A stretch of DNA of 62,924 nucleotides, filler included, from 5 parts of 5 records of this genome joined end to end with filler, not necessarily neighbours in it; one strand, 5' to 3'. Positions 39,083 to 49,680 are shown, numbered from the whole stretch's first letter. Notes: generated by a model from the sequence alone, not told the origin. Program-made: numbers and translations.

Positions 39083-42000
39083 GTGACCATTCCTAATTCC
39101 AAAGAAGAGGCATTAGAAAGGATTAGAATCCTTGTTCACTCTTTCAAAAAGAATGAAAAAAATTACTGTGGCAGTGCCTCCAAATATAATGAAACCCAAG
39201 TTCGAACCGACTTTATAACGCCTTTTTTAGAGGCTTTCGGATGGGATGTTTACAATAAAACTAATCAAACTTTAGATTTAAGAGAAGTAATTGAAGAAGC
39301 AACAGTAGAGGTCGGCGAAGAGAAACTCTCTAAAAAGCCTGACTATGAGTTACGTGTTGCCAGGCAAAGAAAGTTTTTTGTTGAAGCCAAAAAGCCAAGT
39401 CTAAATATTGAGAATGATAAGTCGGCATCTTTTCAGGTAAGACGTTATGGTTTTTCCGCCAGCCTTCCTGTTTCTGTTCTGACAAATTTCCGTCAACTGG
39501 TTGTTTACGATTGCCTGCATGTGCCTAAGGAAGATGATGAAGCGCATGTAGCGCGTATCCATGTTTATTCATATGAACAATTTGAATATAAATTTGATGA
39601 ACTCTATGAACGTTTATCACGCAAATCTGTTTTTTCAGGTCGGTTTGATAAGATTTATGGTGTTAATACTACCCGACATGGCACACAGCAATTTGATGGG
39701 CACTTTCTTAATCAAGTTCGAGATTGGAGATTACGCTTAGCTCGTAACCTCGCATCAAAAAATGCTGGACTGTCACCCGAGCAGCTAACCTACATTGTTC
39801 AGTTATTTCTTTCTCGAATTGTTTTTCTTAGAATTTGTGAGGACAGAGACATTGAGAAATATGAAACTCTAAGGTCTCTCAGTAAGGACAATACCTTTGA
39901 GTCATTTATGAAGGTGTTGGAGGTTGCGGACGAGTTTTACGACTCTGGTTTGTTCGACCTTATGACCGATAAGAAGGTTGGCCTGAAAATTGGAGATAAT
40001 GTTCTACATGAAATTATAGATGAGCTTTATTATCCACAAAGTCCATATACTTTTTCTGTTGTCGAAGCTGGAGTTCTTGGTGAAATTTATGAAGTATTCC
40101 TCGGGGATGTTATTCATATAGATCCTGATGGAAATATCAATACCGTTGAAAAACCCGAAATCAGAGAAAGTGGGGGGGTGGTTCCTACACCGCAATTTAT
40201 AGTCAATGACATTCTTGATCGTAGCCTAAAACCGCTCCTAAAAGGGAAGAGTCCAGCCGAACTTAATGATTTTACCGTTGCAGATATTTGTTGTGGATCA
40301 GGGGTATTCCTCCTTGGAGTATATGATTTACTGCTTAATCACCATTTAGAATGGTATTTGAATAATAAAGACTTTGAGAACATATATGAAGTAGGCCAGG
40401 GGCAATGGAGACTAAGTTTTAAAGAAAAAAGAAGAATTCTTCAGCAAAACATTCGGGGGGTGGATATTGATGGAAATGCTGTTGAAATAGCGCATTTTAG
40501 TTTGCTGTTAAAGCTTATTGAAGGTGAAACAGCAGAAGGCCTCAAGGCCTATGTCGATGAAACAAAAGGAAAAGTTCTCCCCCCTCTTTTTAAAGCTATT
40601 AAATCCGGCAATAGCCTTATTGAGTATGAAGATATTTCATCCGATGGTGATAGTGATTATCTGATTGATAAAACAAATCCTTTTACTTGGGCGACCGAGT
40701 TCCCAAATGAGATGGATAGTGGTGGTTTCGATTTAATTGTTGGTAACCCTCCCTATATTCGGATACAGAACATGGTTAATTATTCACCAGAAGAGGTGGA
40801 GTTATATCATAGTAAACCATCTCCTTTTGAAACTGCTAAAAGCGGAAATTTTGACAAATATGCGCTTTTTATTGAACGTTCTCTTGCTCTTGCAAAAGCA
40901 GAGGGAGCAGTCGGGTTAATCGTTCCGAATAAGTTTATGACTACTGCGGCAGGAGAAAATGTAAGAAAACTGATGTCTGAGCGAAAATGCCTCCAGGAAG
41001 TCGTGCATTTTGGCGCACAACAAGTATTCGGGGCGGGGACTTCAAATTATACCTGCATTATTGTACTCGATAATAAGGGACGTGATAGTTTTACATTCGA
41101 AAGAGTGGATGATCTTTCAAAATGGCGTTATCGAGCATCCTCAAGTTCAGAAACTATGAATGCTGATCAAATTGGAAAGGATGCTTGGGCTTTTAGCCCA
41201 CCAGCGGCAGGTCTAATTTTCGAAAAAGTTAAAAAACAATGTGAAAATACCCTTGGAGATATTGCTGATATTTTTGTCGGTGTTCAAACAAGCAATGACT
41301 CCATCTACATTTTCTCACCGTCTAAGGAAGAAAATGATTGCATGGTTCTTGATTGGGATGGAAAAGAATGGCTGATTGAAAAAGAAATCCTACGTCCTTG
41401 TCTGCATGATGTTCAATTAAGCGCATTTTCTAAGCCGCAAGCCAATAAATATATGATTTTCCCTTACTATCTTGAAGATGGTAAAGCACGACTAATACAG
41501 CCCGATGAAATGCAGGATCGTTTTCCAGGTGCACTTTCGTATTTTAAAGCACGCAAAGCTGAGCTTGAAAAAAGAAGCATTACAGGAGGGCCAGTCGCTG
41601 AGCGGCAATGGTATCAATTTGGTCGGTCACAGAGTCTTACCAAATTCAAAGATGATAAAATTGTTTTGCCCATCTTGTCCCTAGAACCACGCTACGCTTT
41701 TGATAACCAGAATATTGTCGTAACTGGTGGGGGAAACGGCCCATATTACCTTGTGCGTCCAAAGAGCGGGGACAAAGCTGATCTTCTGTTTTTGCTGGCC
41801 GTATTATGCCATCCCTTAAGTGAGGCTATGGTGAGGACTCGAACCAGTGTCTTTCGTGGTGGATATTATTCTCATGGGAAACAATATATCACCCCCCTCC
41901 CAGTTCCTTCTGCCACCGACAAACAAAAACAAGAGATAGCCACTTTTGTTACAACAGCTATTAAATTGAGTAAAGCCATCGGAAATGCTGCAACACCTCA

Positions 42001-42127
42001 GCAGAAAACAAAGGCAGAGCGAAACTTCGCACATAGAAAACGAATTATAGAAGAAAAGATTACGGATATTTTTGGTCTATCGCCTGAAGAAATGGATATT
42101 ATTGCTGACGTGCCGGTTCCAGCCTAA
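39083..42127 (+). CDS. Type IIG (Eco57I-like) fused restriction endonuclease-methyltransferase
   Basis: N-terminal PD-(D/E)xK (KPDY...FVEAKK), ADICCGSGVFL, VGNPPYIRIQ, TaqI-like C-terminal target-recognition region. Confidence 0.9.
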   Translation: MTIPNSKEEALERIRILVHSFKKNEKNYCGSASKYNETQVRTDFITPFLEAFGWDVYNKTNQTLDLREVIEEATVEVGEEKLSKKPDYELRVARQRKFFVEAKKPSLNIENDKSASFQVRRYGFSASLPVSVLTNFRQLVVYDCLHVPKEDDEAHVARIHVYSYEQFEYKFDELYERLSRKSVFSGRFDKIYGVNTTRHGTQQFDGHFLNQVRDWRLRLARNLASKNAGLSPEQLTYIVQLFLSRIVFLRICEDRDIEKYETLRSLSKDNTFESFMKVLEVADEFYDSGLFDLMTDKKVGLKIGDNVLHEIIDELYYPQSPYTFSVVEAGVLGEIYEVFLGDVIHIDPDGNINTVEKPEIRESGGVVPTPQFIVNDILDRSLKPLLKGKSPAELNDFTVADICCGSGVFLLGVYDLLLNHHLEWYLNNKDFENIYEVGQGQWRLSFKEKRRILQQNIRGVDIDGNAVEIAHFSLLLKLIEGETAEGLKAYVDETKGKVLPPLFKAIKSGNSLIEYEDISSDGDSDYLIDKTNPFTWATEFPNEMDSGGFDLIVGNPPYIRIQNMVNYSPEEVELYHSKPSPFETAKSGNFDKYALFIERSLALAKAEGAVGLIVPNKFMTTAAGENVRKLMSERKCLQEVVHFGAQQVFGAGTSNYTCIIVLDNKGRDSFTFERVDDLSKWRYRASSSSETMNADQIGKDAWAFSPPAAGLIFEKVKKQCENTLGDIADIFVGVQTSNDSIYIFSPSKEENDCMVLDWDGKEWLIEKEILRPCLHDVQLSAFSKPQANKYMIFPYYLEDGKARLIQPDEMQDRFPGALSYFKARKAELEKRSITGGPVAERQWYQFGRSQSLTKFKDDKIVLPILSLEPRYAFDNQNIVVTGGGNGPYYLVRPKSGDKADLLFLLAVLCHPLSEAMVRTRTSVFRGGYYSHGKQYITPLPVPSATDKQKQEIATFVTTAIKLSKAIGNAATPQQKTKAERNFAHRKRIIEEKITDIFGLSPEEMDIIADVPVPA

Positions 42128-42134
42128 TATTTTT

Positions 42135-42716
42135 TCACCCTATTTCATTCATTAAAATGTTGTGAACTTCTTTATCCTCTATGCCTAAATAGGTCATCGT
42201 TGTCTTAGGATCAGAATGGTTAAACCGCTTTGCAATCACATCAAACCCCACCCCGAACTTTACCCTTTGCTGATAGCCCCATGTTTTGCGCAGGGTGTGG
42301 GTGCCATAATTTCCTTTCAGGTTTATAGCCTGCGTCCATTTTTTTATCAGGCCATGGGCGGCCTGCAGAGACAAAGGCATATTTTCCCCTTTGCGGCTCC
42401 TGAATAAAAAATGATGGTCTTCGCTTTGCCCCTCTATGGCAAAATACTGGTTCAAGGCTTTTTGAATACCCTTATTTATAATCAGTATGTTTTTTTTGCC
42501 TGTCTTGGCTTCTATGAGCTGGTGAACCTGTCCGGTTTTTAAATAACGAACATCGCCAACCTTTATATTAAGAAGGTCACCAGCGCGCAGGCCGTTATTG
42601 ATCCCCATGATAAAAAATAGCTGATTGCGTGGTTGGCCGCTTAAAAGCTGTATAATGGCCTTTATGTCTTTTCCCTTACGTAGGGTCATACCCAACAAAG
42701 GTACCAAACGCGACAT
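42135..42716 (-). CDS. Small tyrosine recombinase / integrase
   Basis: GLRAGDLL (R), EAKTGK (K), HTLRKTWG (HxxR), NHSDPKTTMTYLG (H, Y). N-terminus abuts the contig end and is uncertain. Confidence 0.88.
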   Translation of the reverse strand: MSRLVPLLGMTLRKGKDIKAIIQLLSGQPRNQLFFIMGINNGLRAGDLLNIKVGDVRYLKTGQVHQLIEAKTGKKNILIINKGIQKALNQYFAIEGQSEDHHFLFRSRKGENMPLSLQAAHGLIKKWTQAINLKGNYGTHTLRKTWGYQQRVKFGVGFDVIAKRFNHSDPKTTMTYLGIEDKEVHNILMNEIG

Positions 42717-42718
42717 AG

Positions 42719-42818
42719 NNNNNNNNNNNNNNNNNNNNNNNNNNNNNNNNNNNNNNNNNNNNTTAATTAATTAANNNNNNNNNNNNNNNNNNNNNNNNNN
42801 NNNNNNNNNNNNNNNNNN
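42719..42818. other. Artificial contig spacer
   Basis: Same N/TTAATTAATTAA/N structure. Confidence 0.97.
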
Positions 42819-43796
42819 AAGTGTTGGGCCGTCTTCAACAACCAAAACTTTCTTGCCTTTGATCACCGAAGGATCATCAACACGAATCGGCGATGCACCA
42901 TCCACAACAATTGCATTTGGAGCTACCTTTTCGATATTTTCCCTTACGGTCTGGATGCCTTCCGGTCCGGCGCTGTCCATTTTATTGATAATGGCAACGT
43001 CAGCCATGCGGAGTGTAACTTCGCCAGGATAATAATTCAGCTCATCACCAGGACGGTGCGGGTCAACCAGTGTTATATTTAAATCCGGAGCATAGAACGG
43101 GAAGTCGTTGTTTCCACCGTCCCAAAGTACCACGTCGCATCCGTCAGGATCCTGCTCTGCGGCGCGGAGGATGGCTTCATAATCAACACCTGCATAAATC
43201 ACGTTTCCACGAACTACGTGTGGTTCATATTCTTCCATTTCCTCGATGGTGCACTTGTGCTTTGCAAGGTCTTCAACTGTGGCAAAACGCTGAACTTTTT
43301 GTGCAGCCAGGTCACCATAAGGCATGGGGTGACGAACGGCAACTACCTTGAGTCCTTTGGCCATCAGGTATTCGATCACCTTACGGGAAGTCTGGCTTTT
43401 ACCAACGCCTGTACGAACTGCACCTACGGCGATCACCGGCTTGGTGCTTTTTACCATGGTGTCGTTGGGGCCTAACAGTACAAAGTTTGCTCCGTTGGCA
43501 TTAACGATAGCGCTCATTTTCATAACGTGGCTGTAGGTCACATCGCTGTATGAAAATACGCAATCGTCAACTTTAAGATCTTTAATTAACTTAGGGAGGT
43601 CTTCTTCTGCGTAAATTGGGATACCGTCCGGGTATAATTCTCCGGCGAGTTCAGCCGGATACTTCCTTCCGTCGATATCGGGAATCTGTGCGGCAGTAAA
43701 TGCCACTACGTTGTAAAGTTCATTCCCACGAAAATAGGTGTTAAAGTTGTGGAAATCTCTTCCCGCAGCACCAATAATAATTACATTTTTCTTCAT
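42819..43796 (-). CDS. COG2403 P-loop protein (annotated cyclic 2,3-diphosphoglycerate synthetase-like; probable ArcE-type arginine synthetase), 3'-truncated
   Basis: GAAGRDFHNFN, FTAAQIP, VRTGVGKSQT, RHPMPYG, WDGGNND, VVEDGPT. Confidence 0.75.
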
Positions 43797-44031
43797 AATT
43801 ATTTCCCTGTTTTATAATAGATTAATACTAAGCTTTTTAAAAAAGCTGTGCAAAAATAAGCCTTTAAACCTATCTGGCAAGTTATTGGAAATTTGATTTT
43901 TAACAAAACCTTGCAAGGCCTGTCCTAAATATTTTAAAGGGAAAAACAGAAATCCGGATATTTAAAAATCTCTTTTTTTTTGGTGTTGAATACTGAAATT
44001 TTCGCCCGTGAATAGCAATGGCAAAATATGG

Positions 44032-46017
44032 TTAAAGATTTCTGTCCTCAGCCTTAAACGCTCCCCTGTTATGCAAAATCCACCGGCTCCGATCCAATGG
44101 ATTAACGCCTTTGTACGGCCTGATCACGCCCTCATCATCTGAAACGGGTTGGTGCCCTTTAAACGTAAACCTGACCTGAGCTTTCCCTGCGGATCGCATC
44201 CCAAGTTTTATATGATAATCCAGTGAGGTTGCTGCAGGAACTTCACCAACCAGTTGAACTTTTCCATTGGTAAAGTATGGCGATTTAAAAGTTCCGCGCA
44301 TTTGGTGCACGTCACCGGCAATTTGGCCCAGTAAATCTTCCGGTGCATTGATGATAAATGAAACAATGGGTTCTAAAAGTGTTGTTCCGGTGCTGATTAA
44401 GCCATGCATCAACGCCATGGGTACGGCAATGTTCCAGTCGCCGGGACGCGAGTGGATTTCATGATCCTCGCCATCAATAAGGGTGATTTTCAAATCAGTT
44501 ACTTCCCAGCCTCTTATGCCCTGTTCCAATGCTTTTGGAATGACCGACTCAATTTCGTTCTGGTATTTCTGCTTGATTTTATCGTAGCTTACTTTGGATT
44601 CATAAATAATTCCTGATCCCGGTTCACCAGGTTCGATGGCAAATGTAACCTCCGCCCAGCAGGGTTTTGGCATGGTGTAACTGGCATGGCCTGTGCCGGG
44701 CTTTGCCGGAGTTTCCTTGTAGATGACCGTAGGACTTTCAAATATTACAGAAACACCGAAACGGTCCTCTAATTCAGCAGCGATAATCTCCTTTTGTATA
44801 AAGCCCATCAGATTGATGTGCAATTCACCTTCATCCTTAAACCATTTCAGGTTAAGCTTTGGGTCTTCCATGTGCAAGATTTCCAATGCGTGTGCCAGGG
44901 CGGTGAAATCCTGGTCGTTTTGCGGAAGCAATTTAACGGTCATCAGCGGAGTATTTACGGCTGTAAATTGCGGAATGTATTTTGGAGAACCTAAAATGTC
45001 TCCTGTCCGGGAATCGGACAATCCCGTCAGGATTCCCATGTCTCCCTGTTCCAGTATTTTCAGATCGATGGCTTTGCCTGATAAGCGTTTTTTGATCTGG
45101 GCCACTTTTCCTGTAATTCCTGATGTATTGTTAATCACCTCGTCCCTTACCTTTAGCTCTCCACCAAATACTCTGACAAAAGATAGTTTTCCAAGTTTTG
45201 GGTCATGCTGAACTTTATAAACCAGGGCTGAAAGTAGATCTGAATTTTCCGGTGGTTGTGGGATGTAATCCAAAACTGCATCCAGCAGCTCCCGGATACC
45301 GGTACAGGTTTTTGCAATTCCGGTTAACACCGGAAAAATTTGAAGGGTATTGAGAAATCCCTGAACTTTGGTTTTGACTTCTTTGGCCAAAATGGGATCA
45401 CCATCAAGGTATTTTTCCATGATTTGCTCATCAAGGTCACAGAGGTTTTCCATGGACAATTCTGCCTGTGGATTTCCCAATTCAATGCATGAAGAGCCGA
45501 ATGTTTTCACAAATCCGGCCTCGGGTGACCCTTCGTTTTTCGGTGTGGTGAGGCAGAAGGTTTTGATGTTCAGCTCTTTTTCAATTGATGCAATCACCTG
45601 GCCGGCTTTGGCACCCTCGCGGTCAATTTTATTAATAAAGAAAATAACCGGAATTTTACGGTCTTTCAGCGATTCCCATAATGCCCAGGTATGGGCCTGT
45701 AGCCCCTCTACTGCAGAAATAACCAGTATGGCCCCATCCATAACCTGCAACGACCGTTCAACCTCAGCCGCAAAATCGGCGTGGCCTGGCGTATCCACTA
45801 AGTTTATCCGGCAATTTTTCCAGTCAAATGATAATTCAGAAGCACGTATCGAAACCCCGCGTTCCTGTTCAATCTTCATATTGTCGGAAATGGTGGTGCC
45901 TTTGTTAACATCGCCGGGATTTTTTACAGCACCTGCAAGGTAAAGAAATTGTTCCGTGATAGTGGTTTTACCCGCATCCACATGTGATAAAATACCGATG
46001 TTTCTAATGTGCTTCAT
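44032..46017 (-). CDS. TetM/TetO-like translational GTPase (EF-G paralogue)
   Basis: NIGILSHVDAGKTT, ERGVSI, DTPGH, FAAEVERSL, NKID, TLLEP. Start at MKHIRNIG (46017), 661 aa. Confidence 0.85.
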   Translation of the reverse strand: MKHIRNIGILSHVDAGKTTITEQFLYLAGAVKNPGDVNKGTTISDNMKIEQERGVSIRASELSFDWKNCRINLVDTPGHADFAAEVERSLQVMDGAILVISAVEGLQAHTWALWESLKDRKIPVIFFINKIDREGAKAGQVIASIEKELNIKTFCLTTPKNEGSPEAGFVKTFGSSCIELGNPQAELSMENLCDLDEQIMEKYLDGDPILAKEVKTKVQGFLNTLQIFPVLTGIAKTCTGIRELLDAVLDYIPQPPENSDLLSALVYKVQHDPKLGKLSFVRVFGGELKVRDEVINNTSGITGKVAQIKKRLSGKAIDLKILEQGDMGILTGLSDSRTGDILGSPKYIPQFTAVNTPLMTVKLLPQNDQDFTALAHALEILHMEDPKLNLKWFKDEGELHINLMGFIQKEIIAAELEDRFGVSVIFESPTVIYKETPAKPGTGHASYTMPKPCWAEVTFAIEPGEPGSGIIYESKVSYDKIKQKYQNEIESVIPKALEQGIRGWEVTDLKITLIDGEDHEIHSRPGDWNIAVPMALMHGLISTGTTLLEPIVSFIINAPEDLLGQIAGDVHQMRGTFKSPYFTNGKVQLVGEVPAATSLDYHIKLGMRSAGKAQVRFTFKGHQPVSDDEGVIRPYKGVNPLDRSRWILHNRGAFKAEDRNL

Positions 46018-46138
46018 CCTGAAACGCTCATTTTGGCTTGCAAATATAGATTGTTGAAACAAAGTAACTGATCGTTTTATAGGGTTTTGTGTGGTACAGA
46101 TTTTGTATTTTTGCGCTTTAAATTTAAATGTTTGGATC

Positions 46139-46564
46139 ATGAAGAAACTCGTTTATTTGACCGCTCTTTTGTTCGCACTGATTTTGGTGACAGCTTGTAA
46201 CGAAGACAAAGATGATAATCCACAGCCAGTTCCTTCTGAGAATTACTCGGTAACCTATTCGCTGAATGTATTTGGTGGTATAGGCGATTTACAGATTTCA
46301 TATTTTGCTCCCCGCGAAATCCGCAGGGTTAAATCCAATCCAAAAACCCCATGGTCTGAATCACTCACTGAATACTTGCTGCTTGATTCGGTTGCCTTAA
46401 ATGTTGAAATGATTCCACTTGCCAACAAAACGGTGAATTATGAATGGGAAGTTCGTATTTCAAAAGGCGGAGAACTTCTGGATTTGAATAGTGGATCAGA
46501 ATCCATTACAATCGGGGAAAACCCACAGCCCATTTTTATCGATTGGCGTCAAATTATTGAGTAA
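46139..46564 (+). CDS. Hypothetical lipoprotein
   Basis: MKKLVYLTALLFALILVTAC lipobox followed by an acidic NEDKDD export signal typical of Bacteroidota. Confidence 0.75.
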   Translation: MKKLVYLTALLFALILVTACNEDKDDNPQPVPSENYSVTYSLNVFGGIGDLQISYFAPREIRRVKSNPKTPWSESLTEYLLLDSVALNVEMIPLANKTVNYEWEVRISKGGELLDLNSGSESITIGENPQPIFIDWRQIIE

Positions 46565-46971
46565 ATAGTTGATTCGATTTAGCTGTCGTATAATTCATTT
46601 AATTTGATTTTTGTATATAGTCGATATGCATTTTTATATCCTGGAATTTATGATATTCCCGGCCATAATTGTGGTTCCACCACTTATTAAATCTGGTAAG
46701 TGCTAATTTTCCGGGTATTTTTTAACAACTTATAAACATCAACCCTGATTTATTTTGCCTGTCTGTTGATTACCAGTCATTTGAGTAGGTTCAATTGTAC
46801 CCACCCGCTAATTAAGAAACATTTTAAATTATCAACATCCCTTCTTAATCATAAAATTCTTCTTTAGTTTTACAACTAAGAAAATCAGTGTTATTATGGG
46901 AAAGGTAACATTGAGGATAGGGTAAAAACCATGAGGGAACAGTCAATTACAACAATGTGTGTTAACGCATT

Positions 46972-49680
46972 ATGGATGTGCAAATTAACATGAAATTAGT
47001 AACCACTATAAAACTTTGTCTAATGAGAAAATTTTACATTGAATCTATTGGATTTGTTAACAAGGGTCTAACAGCCGGCTTCACAAAAGTGGATCACGGG
47101 TTGGTTGGATTGTTTGCGTTCTTAATGATGTTTGGCACATTTGCCTATGCCCAGGACTGCGGCACAGGCGATACCATTACATTAAGCGTTGACACGAACA
47201 TCAACGGGGTGTTTTCGGTAGCACAAGAAGATGTACTTCAAATATTGCCTGGTGTGGATGTGGTCTTTGAAACCACTGCTTCCAAAATGATTATAAACGG
47301 GACCATTCTGGCAGTTGGCACCCCGGAAATGCCTGTAACCTTTACGGGATCAGATCCTTCCGGGTGGTCGGGAATAGATCTCACAAACGCCTGTCCATCA
47401 CAGTTCGTTTATTGCAACATTTCCGGTATCAACCGGGGTGGTGCAAAGTTGGGGTATGCAAGAGCAGTTGCCGGAATAGACATTTCCAACACCGATGATG
47501 TACTTTTCGAAAATTGCAGCTTTACTGAAAACAACGACGGGATTGGGATTTCAAATTCTTTGGGTGTTCTGGTGGAGTCGTGTTCGTTTGTTGACAATGA
47601 AATTCTGCCCGGACAAAAAGGCCTTATAACCATCGAAGGGAGCAGCTCTGATACAATCAGGAACTGTTTGTTCAATGATAATAAAACCAACCTGCGGGGG
47701 ATAGTGTATGTTTTAAACGGATCGACTGCAGTGATCCAGAATAACACCTTTAAAAAAACATCATTTTTTAATCCTGTTTTTAACGGGGCCATATACGCTG
47801 TAATTAATCTCAGGCAGAGTACCTCACCAAACCTGTTAATTGTGAACAGCAATGAATTTTCCGGAACAACCGTGCCGCAAAACAACCGTGTATGTGAGAT
47901 TTCCATTTTTGGGAATCAGGAAAATATTGATTTTTCAAATGCGCTAATCTGGAACAATACATTTGTGGGTTATCCATTCCCGTTTCCGGGGCAACCCTAT
48001 AAAACCGCAATCAGGGCAAATTACTCCGTGCTTGCGATTTCACATAATACAATTTCCTACTTTAACCGGTCCGGAGTTGAATTGCTTGTGTCTGAGGCAA
48101 ATATAAGTTTGAATACATTCAATGCCAACAACGCTGATTATGGCTCGGTTTATATTGACGAATATTTTAATTACTCAGGGCGTGAGATAAACAACGTTGT
48201 TTTTGCCAATGTATTCACAAATAATTCAGCCCCAAATGCTCCGGCAATCATGAGTACTGTTTTACCCAATCAGGAGATTTCAACCACCATCGAACAGAAT
48301 GTTTTTACCGGTAATGAGGCAGATGATGGAAAAGGCGGGGCCATTTATGATTACTACGGAAGTCAGATGATAATCGAGAACAACAATTTTAATGAGAATA
48401 GTTCAGCGGCCGGTGGTGCAATTTGCATTGAAAGTAATGCAACAGACGAAATTGTTGAAACAGTTATCCGGGGAAATACTTTTTCGCAAAATACCTCCAC
48501 AGGATTTGGCGGGGCCATCTACGCCAAAAGAAGTATGATAACAATTGAAGAAAACCTCATTGAGGAAAATCAGGCCCTGATTGGTGGCGGGATCTTCATT
48601 GACGGTTCAACGGCAACATCAGCAAAACAAATGAGATCGGCAACAAATATCACCGGTAACATCATACAGAATAATGTATACATAGAGGCCGGTGGCGGAT
48701 GTTACCTGCTGGATTGCAACGATATCGAATTTACCAGGAATTTTGTTGGAGGGAATTCAACTTTTGGAACCCCAACAAGCCAAATCGGAGGCGGATTATA
48801 TGCCAATGCCTGCGACCTCGAAGTTTATAATTCTCATTTTATCGCAAACCAGGCCGGTGCTGACCTAGGGGGTGTGTATATTACAATGGGAACTGGTAAT
48901 TCGCTTGTGTTTCAGAATTGTAATGTAACCGGCCACACTGATGCAGGTGGAATTGTATTTGGTTCAACTGTAACACCTCAGAATGTTGATATTTATAATT
49001 CGATCTTTTATGAAAATAACGACGGAGCAACCGGCAAATCTGTAATCTATAATGGTCCGGAATCCATATCAGCAACAAATTGCTATTTTGATGTTCTGCC
49101 ATCAACCTATGATGTAAACTTTGTAGATGAACTTGTAACCAATGAGCCGGGTTGGCTGGGGTCCGGAGATTACTATCTGGATTGTGATAATTCTATTTGT
49201 ATTGATAGTGGTAACCCTGATGCAGCTTATAATGATTTACCTGGTGAAAATCCTGATGAGGCCCTTTTCCCATCCTGCGGAACCTTGGTAAACGACATTG
49301 GTATTAGTGGTGGCCCGTATGCCCTGGACGTTCCGGAGCTGTTCCAAACGGATATTGTGCTTGATAACACGCCTGAAACCAATAATCAACTTTCAAATCA
49401 AAAGAATGCTGCTTTGTCGGTTTCAAATATTTCTGTTGAGCCAATCACGGTTTATCCAAACCCATCATCTGGCGTATTTAATATTTCAGTTGAAAAATTA
49501 TCCATTGAGAATGGAAAATTAAGCATTACTAATACCACTGGCAGGTTAATACTGCAGAAACAAATTTCAGGAATGCTTTCATCAATACCAGTCGACTTGT
49601 CTGGTGGGCAACCTGGAATATACGTGGTTCAGATTATTTCGGGACAAAAAGTATACACACAAACTGTGGTGCTGAAATAA
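46972..49680 (+). CDS. Right-handed beta-helix repeat protein with T9SS C-terminal sorting domain
   Basis: Repeated FxxN...GGAI motifs, SICIDSG, and C-terminal VYPNPSSG...GIYVVQI...VVLK. Exact start uncertain. Confidence 0.85.
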   Translation: MDVQINMKLVTTIKLCLMRKFYIESIGFVNKGLTAGFTKVDHGLVGLFAFLMMFGTFAYAQDCGTGDTITLSVDTNINGVFSVAQEDVLQILPGVDVVFETTASKMIINGTILAVGTPEMPVTFTGSDPSGWSGIDLTNACPSQFVYCNISGINRGGAKLGYARAVAGIDISNTDDVLFENCSFTENNDGIGISNSLGVLVESCSFVDNEILPGQKGLITIEGSSSDTIRNCLFNDNKTNLRGIVYVLNGSTAVIQNNTFKKTSFFNPVFNGAIYAVINLRQSTSPNLLIVNSNEFSGTTVPQNNRVCEISIFGNQENIDFSNALIWNNTFVGYPFPFPGQPYKTAIRANYSVLAISHNTISYFNRSGVELLVSEANISLNTFNANNADYGSVYIDEYFNYSGREINNVVFANVFTNNSAPNAPAIMSTVLPNQEISTTIEQNVFTGNEADDGKGGAIYDYYGSQMIIENNNFNENSSAAGGAICIESNATDEIVETVIRGNTFSQNTSTGFGGAIYAKRSMITIEENLIEENQALIGGGIFIDGSTATSAKQMRSATNITGNIIQNNVYIEAGGGCYLLDCNDIEFTRNFVGGNSTFGTPTSQIGGGLYANACDLEVYNSHFIANQAGADLGGVYITMGTGNSLVFQNCNVTGHTDAGGIVFGSTVTPQNVDIYNSIFYENNDGATGKSVIYNGPESISATNCYFDVLPSTYDVNFVDELVTNEPGWLGSGDYYLDCDNSICIDSGNPDAAYNDLPGENPDEALFPSCGTLVNDIGISGGPYALDVPELFQTDIVLDNTPETNNQLSNQKNAALSVSNISVEPITVYPNPSSGVFNISVEKLSIENGKLSITNTTGRLILQKQISGMLSSIPVDLSGGQPGIYVVQIISGQKVYTQTVVLK

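Larger units (their letters stand above)
27572..42718. mobile_element. Plasmid (or plasmid-like element) contig of about 15 kb
   Basis: Iterons, rep, TA pair, parA, ardC, recombinase and defence genes. No housekeeping genes. No terminal overlap is visible, so it is probably incomplete. Confidence 0.85.

Noticed and set aside
46565-46971. 400-bp intergenic region as an ncRNA
   Set aside because: AT-rich with no convincing structure or known motif.
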